From positions 224,001 to 288,000 of the forward strand of contig CANJVR010000003.1 in assembly GCA_947478395.1 (NCBI GenBank): a stretch of DNA of 64,000 nucleotides, written 5' to 3'. Positions 8,433 to 20,074 of this stretch are shown piece after piece. The translations under genes and the position numbers were made by a program. The notes under the pieces were generated by a model. The model was not told the DNA's origin and did not search any database. It was given only the letters and a program-made list of their open reading frames with translations. The stretch comes from Opitutia bacterium. GTDB taxonomy: Bacteria; Verrucomicrobiota; Verrucomicrobiia; Opitutales; Opitutaceae. Positions within the stretch are counted from its first letter, which is position 1; each line of letters begins with the position of its first letter.

Positions 8433-9131
8433 ATGCTTATTTCCGAGATCTTTTATTCCCTCCAAGGCGAAGGTGCGCTCACCGGCGTGCCGTCCGTGTT
8501 TGTACGGACCAGCGGCTGCAATCTACGCTGCGCCTGGTGCGACACGCCGTATGCCTCGTGGAATCCCGAAGGTACGCAGATGAGTGTCGATCGAATCGTC
8601 GCCGCCGTGCAGGCCCATTTGGCCGCCCGTCACGTCGTGCTGACCGGGGGCGAACCGATGATCGCAAAGGAAATTCGGGCGCTCGCGGCGGCGTTGAAGG
8701 CCCTCGGTTATCATCTCACCATTGAAACCGCCGCGACCGTTGCGCCGGAAGGAATCGCGTGTGACCTCGCCTCGATGTCACCGAAGCTGCTCAACTCCGC
8801 GCCGGATGCGACGCAGCACGCGGCGTGGCGCAAGAAGCACGAGGCCACGCGCTGGCAACCGGCGGTTGTGCGAAGCTGGCTCGATGCCGGTTGCGACTAT
8901 CAATTCAAGTTCGTCGTCGCCGCATCGGCTGACGTGGATGAACTGGAAGGCATGCTCGCATCGCTCGGACGCGAAATTCCACGGCACAAGGTCCAGCTGA
9001 TGCCCGAGGCGCGCACCCTCGAGCAAATGCGGGAGCGGGCCGCGTGGTTGAGCGAGGTGTGCAAGGCCCGCGGTTTTCGTTACGCCCACCGCCTCCACAT
9101 CGAACTTTATGGCAACAAACGCGGCACCTGA
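8433..9131 (+). CDS. queE: 7-carboxy-7-deazaguanine synthase (radical SAM)
   Basis: Motifs EIFYSLQGEG, GCNLRCAWCDT, TGGEP and RLHIELYGNKRG. Confidence 0.95.
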   Translation: MLISEIFYSLQGEGALTGVPSVFVRTSGCNLRCAWCDTPYASWNPEGTQMSVDRIVAAVQAHLAARHVVLTGGEPMIAKEIRALAAALKALGYHLTIETAATVAPEGIACDLASMSPKLLNSAPDATQHAAWRKKHEATRWQPAVVRSWLDAGCDYQFKFVVAASADVDELEGMLASLGREIPRHKVQLMPEARTLEQMRERAAWLSEVCKARGFRYAHRLHIELYGNKRGT

Positions 9132-9816
9132 AACCCCGGGCCGCACTGGCACTTCCCCACCCTCGCCGCTCAGCGGGCAACCCGATGCGCCATCCCCAGC
9201 GGTTGCGCGAAAACTTTCGGACGAGCTCGCGTTAATCCTGCGTGAATTCGAGGTTGAGACGGTGACGTTGCGCGAAGTGATGGGGGTACTGGATGGCCGC
9301 GGCTACGTGCTACTCCTCCTGCTGCTCGCACTCCCATTCTGCACGCCGATTCCATTGCCGGGATTGTCGACGCCATTTGGGCTCGTGATCGCTTTGATCG
9401 CGCTGCGACTGATGCTTGGGCGCAAACCTTGGCTGCCCTCGCGGCTGCTGGACACCTCGCTTTCGCCGCGGTTCTTTGCGAAAGTTTTTTCGGCCGCCCG
9501 AAAAATTTTGCGGGGCTTCGAATATTTTCTGCGGCCGCGACTACGGTGGTTAACCCATTTGGCGACGCTGCGGCAGGTGCATGCGGCGCCGATGCTGATC
9601 TCGGCCCTGTTGTTGCTGCTCCCACTACCTATCCCCTTTAGCAACACCCTGCCCGCTTGGACGATCCTGCTGATTGCGGCCGGGTTGTTGGAACGTGACG
9701 GACTTTTTATACTATCAGGCTATCTGGTGTTCGTCTGTTCGCTGCTCTTTTTCGGTGTGCTCGGATTCGCGGGATCCGAGGGTTTGGGTGCGTTGCGGCA
9801 ATGGTGGGCGCGCTGA
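9109..9816 (+). CDS. exoD: Exopolysaccharide biosynthesis ExoD-family membrane protein
   Basis: Motifs LLALPFCTPIPLPG, PWLPSRL and PIPFSNTLPAW..LLERDG. Confidence 0.85.
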   Translation: MATNAAPETPGRTGTSPPSPLSGQPDAPSPAVARKLSDELALILREFEVETVTLREVMGVLDGRGYVLLLLLLALPFCTPIPLPGLSTPFGLVIALIALRLMLGRKPWLPSRLLDTSLSPRFFAKVFSAARKILRGFEYFLRPRLRWLTHLATLRQVHAAPMLISALLLLLPLPIPFSNTLPAWTILLIAAGLLERDGLFILSGYLVFVCSLLFFGVLGFAGSEGLGALRQWWAR

Positions 9817-9956
9817 CGTTCGCCGCTGGCAGACCACGTTAGACGGACGATAAGCACCGGAGCGTTGCAGGCGCTGCCGCATTTTGAATCCTGCGGCCCA
9901 GCGAGCACAGAGTTGCGCGCCGATCTTCATTCATCACGGTTCCCTTCCCCTGCACG

Positions 9957-11243
9957 ATGAAATCCACCGCAGACCACGAGCCCAAAAAAGTGCACTACGC
10001 TTGGATCGTCGCCGGCGTGACGTTCCTCACGCTCCTTGCCGCGGCAGGGGCCCGAGCCATGGCGGGAGTTATCCTGCTGCCATTCGGAAATGAGTTTCAG
10101 TGGAGCCGCGCCAAGGTGTCATCGATCATATCAATTAACATTTTTCTCTACGGCTTGGTCGGCCCGTTTGCCGCTGCGCTCTATCAACGCTTCGGTTTGC
10201 GTCGGACCATGTTGGCGGCGATGACGCTGCTTTGCTCGGGCTACGCCGCCTCGACTGCGGCGACGCACTACTGGCAATTCGTACTCCTGTGGGGCGTGGT
10301 GGTCGGGGTCGGGTCTGGCCTGGCGGCAACGGTCCTCGGCGCGGCCGTAGCCAATCGGTGGTTCACGCAGCGGCGCGGTCTTGTGATGGGCGTGCTGACG
10401 GCGAGCACGGCGACGGGGCAGCTGATTTTCCTGCCCGCGCTCGCCACCGTCGTGACGGCTCATGGCTGGCGCAGTGCGCCGCTGATCGTGGCCGGCGCGA
10501 CCGCACTGGTGTTTCCGGTGATTTGGATTTTTATGCGCGACGATCCGAGGGACGTGGGGCGACGTCCGTTTGGTGAAACCGGCGCACCTGAACTGGCCGC
10601 GGTTGCGACGCCGGCGGGGAATCCGGCACGACGGGCACTCGCGGTGCTCGCCGAAGCGATGAGGGTACGCGATTTCTGGCTGCTCGCCGGATCTTTCTTC
10701 GTGTGCGGCGCAAGTACCAATGGCCTGATTGGAACGCATCTTTTGGCGGCGGCGTTCGATTGCGGAATTCCGCCGGTCCGCGCCGCGGGGTTACTGGCGA
10801 TGATGGGGCTGTTCGATTTGGTTGGTACGACCGTCTCGGGATGGTTGAGCGACCGATACAACTGCCGCTATTTGCTGTTTGGCTACTACGGGCTGCGTGG
10901 ACTTTCGCTGCTGTTCCTGCCGGAGGCGTTGATCGGGCCGGCGGCCGGACTCGGGATTTTCGCGGTGTTCTACGGGCTCGATTGGATCGCGACCGTGCCG
11001 CCCACGGTGCGGTTGACGGGCGATGTCTTTAGTCGCGAGCGTGCGAGCATCGTCTTTGGCTGGATTGTCGCGGCGCACCAATTGGGCGCGGCGTTTGCGG
11101 CTTACGCCGCGGGAGCGTTGCGAACGAACTTCGGCCACTACGCGCCGGCATTCATGGGGGCCGGCGCGCTTTGTCTGATCGCAGCGATTGCAGTACTGCC
11201 GATCACACGGAAAAAGCAGGAATTTCCTAAGGCTGCGGCTTGA
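9957..11243 (+). CDS. MFS transporter
   Basis: About 12 hydrophobic segments; motifs NRWFTQRRGL and GWLSDRY. Confidence 0.9.
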   Translation: MKSTADHEPKKVHYAWIVAGVTFLTLLAAAGARAMAGVILLPFGNEFQWSRAKVSSIISINIFLYGLVGPFAAALYQRFGLRRTMLAAMTLLCSGYAASTAATHYWQFVLLWGVVVGVGSGLAATVLGAAVANRWFTQRRGLVMGVLTASTATGQLIFLPALATVVTAHGWRSAPLIVAGATALVFPVIWIFMRDDPRDVGRRPFGETGAPELAAVATPAGNPARRALAVLAEAMRVRDFWLLAGSFFVCGASTNGLIGTHLLAAAFDCGIPPVRAAGLLAMMGLFDLVGTTVSGWLSDRYNCRYLLFGYYGLRGLSLLFLPEALIGPAAGLGIFAVFYGLDWIATVPPTVRLTGDVFSRERASIVFGWIVAAHQLGAAFAAYAAGALRTNFGHYAPAFMGAGALCLIAAIAVLPITRKKQEFPKAAA

Positions 11244-11388
11244 GGTGCGCTTTTATTTTGCTCGAAGGGCAGCCGCAATCTCCACCACAGCCGGAATTTT
11301 TTTTGGCGGACGCACGGAGGACTAACCACGTCGCGGCGAGCGCGACGAGGGCGAGAGCGAGGAGCGACTGAATCGGTGCGGACATTTA

Positions 11389-13515
11389 TTAGAAACCAAG
11401 CGCGTGGCCGGTTTGATAAACAAGAAAGCTCAAAATCCACGCTGTGCCAGTCATGTAGAACGTTTGAAAGATGGGCCATTTCCAGCTGTTGGTTTCACGT
11501 TTCACGACCGCGATGGTACTCACGCACTGCATCGCGAACACGTAGAAGATCATGAGCGTGATACAAACGAGCGGGGTGAAGAGTGCGCGACCGTCCGGCC
11601 ATTTGGCTGAACGCAGCGCCTCGCGGAGCGGAGCGGTGTTGTCGTCCTTGGATTGCGCGTTGAACACCACGCCCATCGTGGAAACGAACACTTCGCGGGC
11701 GTAAAAGGAATTGATCAGCCCGATGCCGATTCTCCAGTCGAAGCCCAGCGGTTTGATGACCGGTTCGAGCAGATGGCCCGCTTGGCCGGCGAAACTGTGG
11801 GAAAGCTGCTCCGTGGGAGATGCGGTTTCCGGCGCTTTCGGGTAGGTCGCGAAAAACCAAAGCAATACACTGATGCCGAGAATGACGGTACCCGCGCGGC
11901 GAATAAAAATCCCGGCGCGCTCGATCATTTGCAGTGCCACGTCGCGTAAACCCGGCAGCCGATATGGCGGGAGCTCCATGATCATGAGCGGGGGAGCGCC
12001 TTTCAGCAGCGTGCGTTTGAAAAGCCAGGCGAAGCCGAAAGCTCCGCCGGTACCGAGCGCATACATGAGCAGCATGATTCCGACTTTGGCTCCGAGCGAA
12101 ACGCGGTCGCCCGGCAGGAGGGCGGCGATCATCAGGAGATAGACCGGGAGACGCGCGGAGCAACTCATCAGCGGGGCGACGAGAATGGTGACGAGTCGAT
12201 CTCTCGGTTCCTCGATCGTGCGCGTGGCCATGATGCCGGGGATTGCGCACGCGTAGGAGCTGAGCAGCGGAATAAAACTTTTCCCGTTTAGGCCCACGCG
12301 GCTCATCAGACGGTCCATGATGAAAGCGGCCCGCGCCATGTATCCGGTGCTCTCCAAAAGACCGATGAAGAAAAATAAGATCAAAATCTGCGGCAGGAAA
12401 ACGAGCACGCCGCCCACGCCCGCGATCGCACCGTCGGTGATAAGATCCCGCAAGTCTCCGGGCTGCATCGCAGACTTCACCGAATTCGCCAGCTCGGCAA
12501 AATGGCGGTCGATCCAATTCATCGGATATTCTGCGAGCGTGAAGATACTGAGAAAGAGCAGCGTCATGACGCCGCTGAGTACGAGCCAGCCCCAGACGGG
12601 ATGAGTGACAACGCGATCGATACGGTCGCTGGTGGTGGGCGCGGCGCTGCCGCTGGTTTGGATGACTTCGCCAGCGAGGCGCCCAATCGCTTCGTAGCGC
12701 GAGGCGACGAGTGTACCCGCCCAGTCCATGTCTTCCGCGGCCCAGCGTTTTTTCCAAGTTTCGAGAATCTCGGCCGTGCGAGGCGTGAGCGGAGTCGAAC
12801 CTGCGACCCGGAGCGCGTCCTGATCGGTGAGCAGAAGCAGCGCCTCCGCGCGCGCGATCAGTGGCGATTTGCGATCGTTGCTGGCGAGGGACGCTTGAAG
12901 TTCGGCGACCGCCGGCGCGATGGCGGCGGGAATATCCCAAGCGTGACGCGAGAGCGAAAGATCCGGTCGGCTCATCGCGAGTTTCAACTCGATGAGGCCG
13001 CGTCCGTTGACGGCTTCACAAGCAATGACCGGGAGGCCGAGTTCGTGCTCGAGTCGCGCGAGCCGAAGCGTGAGGCCGGCTTGGGCCGCCAAGTCCATCA
13101 TGTTCACGACGAGGATCACAGGCCGGCCGAGGTCGAGGATCTGGTGAACGAGATAGAGATTTCGCTCGAGATTGGTCGCGTCGACGATGCAGAGAATGCG
13201 GTCGGGTTGCGCCGTATCGCTTCTTCGTCCGAGGAGTACGTCACGCGTCACTGCTTCATCGGGCGAACGCGCCGCGAGGGAATAGGTCCCGGGCAAATCG
13301 ATGACCGTGATGGGCTGGCCGTGTTGCGAGTAGGTGGTGCCAACTTTTTTCTCAACGGTGACGCCGGGATAATTTCCGACTTTTTGTTTCAGCCCGGTGA
13401 GCGCGTTGAAGAGCGTACTTTTGCCGCAGTTTGGATTGCCGACCAATGCGTAGATGGGTTGACGCGCGAGGGATGGCGGCGTCGACGCGCCAGTAAAATG
13501 ATCAGGCAAAGCCAT
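11389..13515 (-). CDS. feoB: Ferrous iron transporter B
   Basis: Motifs GNPNCGKS, NYPGVTVE, DLPGTYSL and NMMD, followed by a membrane domain. Confidence 0.97.
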   Translation of the reverse strand: MALPDHFTGASTPPSLARQPIYALVGNPNCGKSTLFNALTGLKQKVGNYPGVTVEKKVGTTYSQHGQPITVIDLPGTYSLAARSPDEAVTRDVLLGRRSDTAQPDRILCIVDATNLERNLYLVHQILDLGRPVILVVNMMDLAAQAGLTLRLARLEHELGLPVIACEAVNGRGLIELKLAMSRPDLSLSRHAWDIPAAIAPAVAELQASLASNDRKSPLIARAEALLLLTDQDALRVAGSTPLTPRTAEILETWKKRWAAEDMDWAGTLVASRYEAIGRLAGEVIQTSGSAAPTTSDRIDRVVTHPVWGWLVLSGVMTLLFLSIFTLAEYPMNWIDRHFAELANSVKSAMQPGDLRDLITDGAIAGVGGVLVFLPQILILFFFIGLLESTGYMARAAFIMDRLMSRVGLNGKSFIPLLSSYACAIPGIMATRTIEEPRDRLVTILVAPLMSCSARLPVYLLMIAALLPGDRVSLGAKVGIMLLMYALGTGGAFGFAWLFKRTLLKGAPPLMIMELPPYRLPGLRDVALQMIERAGIFIRRAGTVILGISVLLWFFATYPKAPETASPTEQLSHSFAGQAGHLLEPVIKPLGFDWRIGIGLINSFYAREVFVSTMGVVFNAQSKDDNTAPLREALRSAKWPDGRALFTPLVCITLMIFYVFAMQCVSTIAVVKRETNSWKWPIFQTFYMTGTAWILSFLVYQTGHALGF

Positions 13516-13525
13516 TGAAATTTCC

Positions 13526-13777
13526 TCAGATCCGCTCGACTAAGATCTGCTCGGCCTCGCTTTTGCGCAGACTGAGACGGTATCCGCGAATTTTGATTTC
13601 CAATGGATCGCCCATGGGGGCGGTTCGCACGAGCGTTATTGGGGTGCCGGCGAGCAGTCCCATTTCGCGGAGACGAAGAAAAACGATTCCGGCCTTGGGG
13701 AACTCACCCACCTTTGCGGTATCGCCGGCGCTTAGTTGGGCCAAGGTCAGTCGGGCATTAATCGGCTGGGACGACAT
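13526..13777 (-). CDS. feoA: Ferrous iron transport protein A
   Basis: Motif RLREMGLLAG..APMGDPLEIKIRGYRLSLRKSEA. Confidence 0.93.
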   Translation of the reverse strand: MSSQPINARLTLAQLSAGDTAKVGEFPKAGIVFLRLREMGLLAGTPITLVRTAPMGDPLEIKIRGYRLSLRKSEAEQILVERI

Positions 13778-13818
13778 GACGAGTTGGCGAAGCGAAAGTC
13801 TGATTGGCGTTCGCCGCC

Positions 13819-14085
13819 CTACCCCACCGGCGGCGACATCACGCCGATTTGCTCCACCAGAATGTTACTCCCGGCGGCATGACTGAGCGCGATGCGCGTC
13901 CCGTTCACCTGACAGAGAATGGTCGTACTACCGGAAATTTTGGTCACGTAAGCCGATTCACCAAAACCCATTTCCCGAACTCTCTGGCAAAAATGCGGAT
14001 CACCAGTCAGCGCATACACTCGCCCCGTCATTCCAGCAGCGAGCTGGCAGAGCGGAAGGCGGGCAACGAGGGGCGGCGAACTCAT
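13819..14085 (-). CDS. feoA: Second FeoA-family protein
   Basis: Motif RVREMGF..VNGTRIALS; tandem with feoA-feoB. Confidence 0.85.
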   Translation of the reverse strand: MSSPPLVARLPLCQLAAGMTGRVYALTGDPHFCQRVREMGFGESAYVTKISGSTTILCQVNGTRIALSHAAGSNILVEQIGVMSPPVG

Positions 14086-14108
14086 AGGGGAAAACCACGC
14101 TGGCGCTG

Positions 14109-14125
14109 TTGAGATTGAGTTTCAA
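14109..14125. promoter_or_regulatory. Putative Fur-box-like operator upstream of the feo operon
   Basis: Imperfect palindrome TTGAGATTGAGTTTCAA about 24 bp upstream of feoA; each half matches TGATAAT-N-ATTATCA at 5 of 7 positions. Confidence 0.55.
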
Positions 14126-14253
14126 GCGCGGCGTTCAGTTTTCTGCGCAAAAAGTCAGCGAAAGTCGGGTCTGGACCGACCGCCCGATTGCCGCGTTGGG
14201 TTCGTGGGCCTAGCGGCCCCCTCAGGCTCGCCCCAAAATTAACCCAAAATATT

Positions 14254-14661
14254 TCAGCGCCGGCGGCGCTTGAGCGCGAGCTGGGTGCCGGAGAAGCGGA
14301 CGAGCTCTTGGAGATGCTCGAATTCGTTCGGATCGATATTCTTCGCTTCTTTGATGGCCTGCTCGGCGCGCTGCATCGCGGTCTCGACCACTTTTTCGTC
14401 GATTTTTTCCTCGCTGATCGCGTGCTCGGCCAAGACCGATATCTTATCCCCGGTGATTTGGACAAAGCCGCCACCGACCGCCAAAGAGGTTGTGATAGTA
14501 CCCTTCGTCACGCGCAGCTCGCCATGCTCCACTTGCGCCAATAGCGGAATGTGTCCGGGCAAAATACCAATCTCCCCTTGCAAAGTCGGAATGACGACCG
14601 TGTCGACGGTATCCGCATAAACCCGGGCCTCCGGCGTAACGATTTCGAGAGTCAGAGACAT
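14254..14661 (-). CDS. atpC: ATP synthase F1 epsilon subunit
   Basis: Motifs LEIVTPE and GEIGILPGHIPLL. Confidence 0.96.
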   Translation of the reverse strand: MSLTLEIVTPEARVYADTVDTVVIPTLQGEIGILPGHIPLLAQVEHGELRVTKGTITTSLAVGGGFVQITGDKISVLAEHAISEEKIDEKVVETAMQRAEQAIKEAKNIDPNEFEHLQELVRFSGTQLALKRRRR

Positions 14662-14734
14662 GGTGGGAAAAGCGACGGCCGCGGTGAACGAGAGAAGATT
14701 TGGTGATTAATCGGCGCGAACTGCAGGCATCGCC

Positions 14735-17073
<2,339 letters not shown>

Positions 17074-17081
17074 GAAGAAAG

Positions 17082-17163
17082 GAGCGAGTCGTTAGTTGCG
17101 GGTAGCGCGTAGAGGAGAAGTGATGCGCGAGATTTTTTTGGACTACTCGCTCTTCACCGCTCG
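17082..17163. repeat. TAGCGAG/CTCGCTA-type heptamer inverted element in the atpA-atpG spacer
   Basis: gagcgag tcgttag ttgcggg tagcgcg ... ctactcg ctcttca ccgctcg. Confidence 0.55.
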
Positions 17164-17177
17164 ATGCGAGCGACTAA

Positions 17178-18704
17178 TCAGCCGGTGTAGCCGGATTTCC
17201 ACTCGTCCACGGCCGCCTGCAATTTGGCCTCGATGTCTTTATCGAGCGCCGCTTTGGTGCGGATTTCCGTAAGCAAGGCGTCCTTCCGGGTGGTGAAGAA
17301 TTGTTTTAGTGAGGCCGCTGCGGCGACGACCTTTTTGGTGTCGATGGAATCGAAGAGACCCTTCTGCATCGCGAAGAGCACGGCGACCTGGACCTCAATC
17401 GCGCTCGGGCTGAAGGCGGGCTGCTTGAAGAGCTCAACGATCCGGGCTCCGCGTTCGAGCTGGGCCTTGGTCTTGGCGTCGAGATCGGAACCGAATTGCG
17501 CAAAGGCCGCGAGTTCGCGGAATTGGGCGAGCTCGCCCTTCAGTTTTCCGCCGACCTGTTTTGTCGCCTTGATTTGCGCCGCCGAACCAACCCGCGAGAC
17601 CGAGAGACCGACGGAGACGGCGGGACGAATGCCTTGGTTGAAGAGGTCGGTTTCGAGGAAGATCTGGCCGTCGGTGATCGAGATCACGTTGGTCGGAATG
17701 TACGCGGAAACGTCGCCGGCGAGCGTTTCAATGATCGGCAGCGCGGTGAGCGAGCCTTTGCCGTCGAGGCGCGCGGCGCGCTCGAGCAGCCGTGAATGCA
17801 AATAAAACACGTCGCCGGGATACGCTTCGCGCCCTGAAGGGCGTTTCAAGATGAGCGAAATTTGGCGATAAGCGACGGCGTGTTTGGATAGATCGTCATA
17901 AACGATCAGTGCATCCTGGCCGTTCTCCATGAACCACTCGCCCATCGCGGCGCCGGAGTACGGGGCGATGTATTGATTGGCGGGATTATCGGCCGCGGGC
18001 GCCGCTACGATGATGGTAAATTCGAGGGCGCCTGCGGCTTCGAGCGCGCCGATGGTGCGAACGATATTGGAATTTTTCTGCCCAATCGCGACGTAGATGG
18101 AGTAGACCGGGCGGAATTTCGCATCGCCGCTCGCGAGACCGACTTTGTTGATCTTCGCCTGATTGATGATCGTATCGATTGCGATCGTGGTCTTGCCGGT
18201 GCCACGGTCGCCGATGATCAACTCGCGTTGACCGCGGCCGATTGGGATCATGGAATCAATGGCCATGATGCCGGTGAAGAGCGGCTGGGAAACTGATTTG
18301 CGAACGATAATGCCGGGGGCGATACGCTCGACCGGATAACTTTCCTTGGCATCAATTGGGCCTTTGCCATCGACGGGCTGGCCGAGGGCATCGACCGCGC
18401 GGCCAAGCAGAGCTTTGCCGACGGGCACAGACAGAAGTTTACCGGTGGTCTGAACTTCGTCGCCTTCCTTCAGCTGTGAAATGTCACCGAGAATGACGCA
18501 GCCGACTTCGTCCTCCTCCAGGTTGAGCGCGATACCGATGGCGCCGCCCGGAAACGAGACCATCTCGTTATACATGACGTCGGAAAGCCCGTCGATTTTG
18601 GCGACACCGTCGGCGATGGTGCGGATGTTGCCGGTATTCTTTTTGACCGCCTTGCTCGAAAGCTTGGCGATCTGTTGTTCGATTTGGTCGAGGACGGTGC
18701 TCAT
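17178..18704 (-). CDS. atpA: ATP synthase F1 alpha subunit
   Basis: Motifs GDRGTGKT and [18 protein letters not shown]. Confidence 0.99.
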   Translation of the reverse strand: MSTVLDQIEQQIAKLSSKAVKKNTGNIRTIADGVAKIDGLSDVMYNEMVSFPGGAIGIALNLEEDEVGCVILGDISQLKEGDEVQTTGKLLSVPVGKALLGRAVDALGQPVDGKGPIDAKESYPVERIAPGIIVRKSVSQPLFTGIMAIDSMIPIGRGQRELIIGDRGTGKTTIAIDTIINQAKINKVGLASGDAKFRPVYSIYVAIGQKNSNIVRTIGALEAAGALEFTIIVAAPAADNPANQYIAPYSGAAMGEWFMENGQDALIVYDDLSKHAVAYRQISLILKRPSGREAYPGDVFYLHSRLLERAARLDGKGSLTALPIIETLAGDVSAYIPTNVISITDGQIFLETDLFNQGIRPAVSVGLSVSRVGSAAQIKATKQVGGKLKGELAQFRELAAFAQFGSDLDAKTKAQLERGARIVELFKQPAFSPSAIEVQVAVLFAMQKGLFDSIDTKKVVAAAASLKQFFTTRKDALLTEIRTKAALDKDIEAKLQAAVDEWKSGYTG

Positions 18705-18746
18705 CGGAAAAATACTTAGGTTGGAAGCAGGCGGGTTTTGAAAAAT

Positions 18747-19142
18747 TTAGACGGCAGCCGCGAGGGCGGACAACTGGCCGGAGACGGACGACTCGTACAC
18801 ATCGTCGCCAACTTGCACCCGCAAGCCGGCCAGCAGGGCGGGATTGGCGGCGGCCGTGGCGGTGATGCTTCGGCCGTATTTTTTCGTCATGGCCGCGGAA
18901 ATTGCGGCCAGCGTGGCATTGTTGATTGATCCGGCGTGCTCAACCACGGCGGCACTCCGGGCCAGTTCGCGGGCGACGAGGCGGGCATAGGCGCGGAGCA
19001 CCATCAGCGAATTCGCGGGCTGGTGTTTTTCAACATACGCGAGCACGCCCGCGACCCGATCGGTCGAGACGGCGCCGTCGAGCACGCTCATCTTGAAAAA
19101 CTGACGGGCGAGCTGAAGGGCTTTTTTTCCGTGGGATGCCAT
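18747..19142 (-). CDS. atpH: ATP synthase delta subunit (short, 131 aa)
   Basis: Lies between atpF and atpA; C-terminal LLAGLRVQVGDDVYESSV. Confidence 0.88.
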   Translation of the reverse strand: MASHGKKALQLARQFFKMSVLDGAVSTDRVAGVLAYVEKHQPANSLMVLRAYARLVARELARSAAVVEHAGSINNATLAAISAAMTKKYGRSITATAAANPALLAGLRVQVGDDVYESSVSGQLSALAAAV

Positions 19143-19166
19143 TGCAAGAATCGAGATTGAAAACGA

Positions 19167-19736
19167 TTAAACGCCGGTGAGCTCGCGGGCGGCCGCGTCG
19201 TTGTAACGGCTGCGCTCCGCGTCGGAAAGTTCCTTGGCGAGCACGCGCTGCGTGGTCGCAACGACGAGGCGGGCGATTTCCGTCCGCGCTTCGGCGAGCA
19301 TTTTTTTCTTTTCGAGCTCGATTGCTTGCTGCGCTTTCGCGATGAGCGCCGCAGCTTGTTCGATCGCTTCTTTTTGCTGCTTGTCCGAGAACTCCTTGGC
19401 GGTTTTTTGCGTTTCGGCTACGATCGCCTGGGCTTTTAGCTGGGCTTCCCGCTGCGCTACCTCAGTTTTTTGCAGAGTGAGGGCCAGCTGGGCTTTCATC
19501 TCCTCCGCGTAGGTGAGGCCTTCGGAGATTTTCTTCTGACGTTCATCCATCGCCGCGATCACGGGTTTGATGCCGAACCTATACAGGACAGAGAGAACGA
19601 TCAGAAAACTGACCAGTTGAATCAGGACGTATTTCCATTCGACGCCGAAATGGCCGAAGGTTTCCTTCAGATTTTCAACCACGCCGGGCGAGGCGGACGT
19701 TTCTGCAGCGGCAGCGAAGATCAAGGGCAGGGACAT
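19167..19736 (-). CDS. atpF: ATP synthase F0 b subunit
   Basis: Single transmembrane segment then coiled coil; KPVIAAMDERQKKI. Confidence 0.95.
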   Translation of the reverse strand: MSLPLIFAAAAETSASPGVVENLKETFGHFGVEWKYVLIQLVSFLIVLSVLYRFGIKPVIAAMDERQKKISEGLTYAEEMKAQLALTLQKTEVAQREAQLKAQAIVAETQKTAKEFSDKQQKEAIEQAAALIAKAQQAIELEKKKMLAEARTEIARLVVATTQRVLAKELSDAERSRYNDAAARELTGV

Positions 19737-19790
19737 AGCGGGAAAAGGGAATGGCAGCGCGGCGATACCGCGCTGCCGGTTCGCAAGCGA

Positions 19791-20000
19791 TTATTTCGTG
19801 GCGAGGAACAGCGCGAGAATGCCGAGGCCTTCCGCGAGCGCCATGCCAATGATGGCCTGGACAAGGATCTTGCCGGAAGCAGCCGGATTGCGGCCGACGG
19901 CTTCGGCGGCCTTGAAACCGATCAAGCCTACGCCGATGGCGGCGCCGAGCAGACCGAATGCGCTAGTCAAATTGCCGTAGAGTTCAGCAAACATGTTCAT
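19791..20000 (-). CDS. atpE: ATP synthase F0 c subunit (H+-type)
   Basis: Motifs GAAIGVG, GRNP and ALAEGL; no Na+-binding Q/ES signature. Start at 20000 or 19994. Confidence 0.95.
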   Translation of the reverse strand: MNMFAELYGNLTSAFGLLGAAIGVGLIGFKAAEAVGRNPAASGKILVQAIIGMALAEGLGILALFLATK

Positions 20001-20074
20001 TTGGATGTATTGGATTATTTGTGTTGGAGGTCCGCCGTGCGCACGCGTGGCACGCTCCCGGCGGGAAAGTAAAA

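Noticed and set aside
19791..20000. Na+-translocating or N-type ATPase
   Set aside because: The c subunit lacks the Na+ ligand signature, and the gene order is the standard atpBEFHAGDC.
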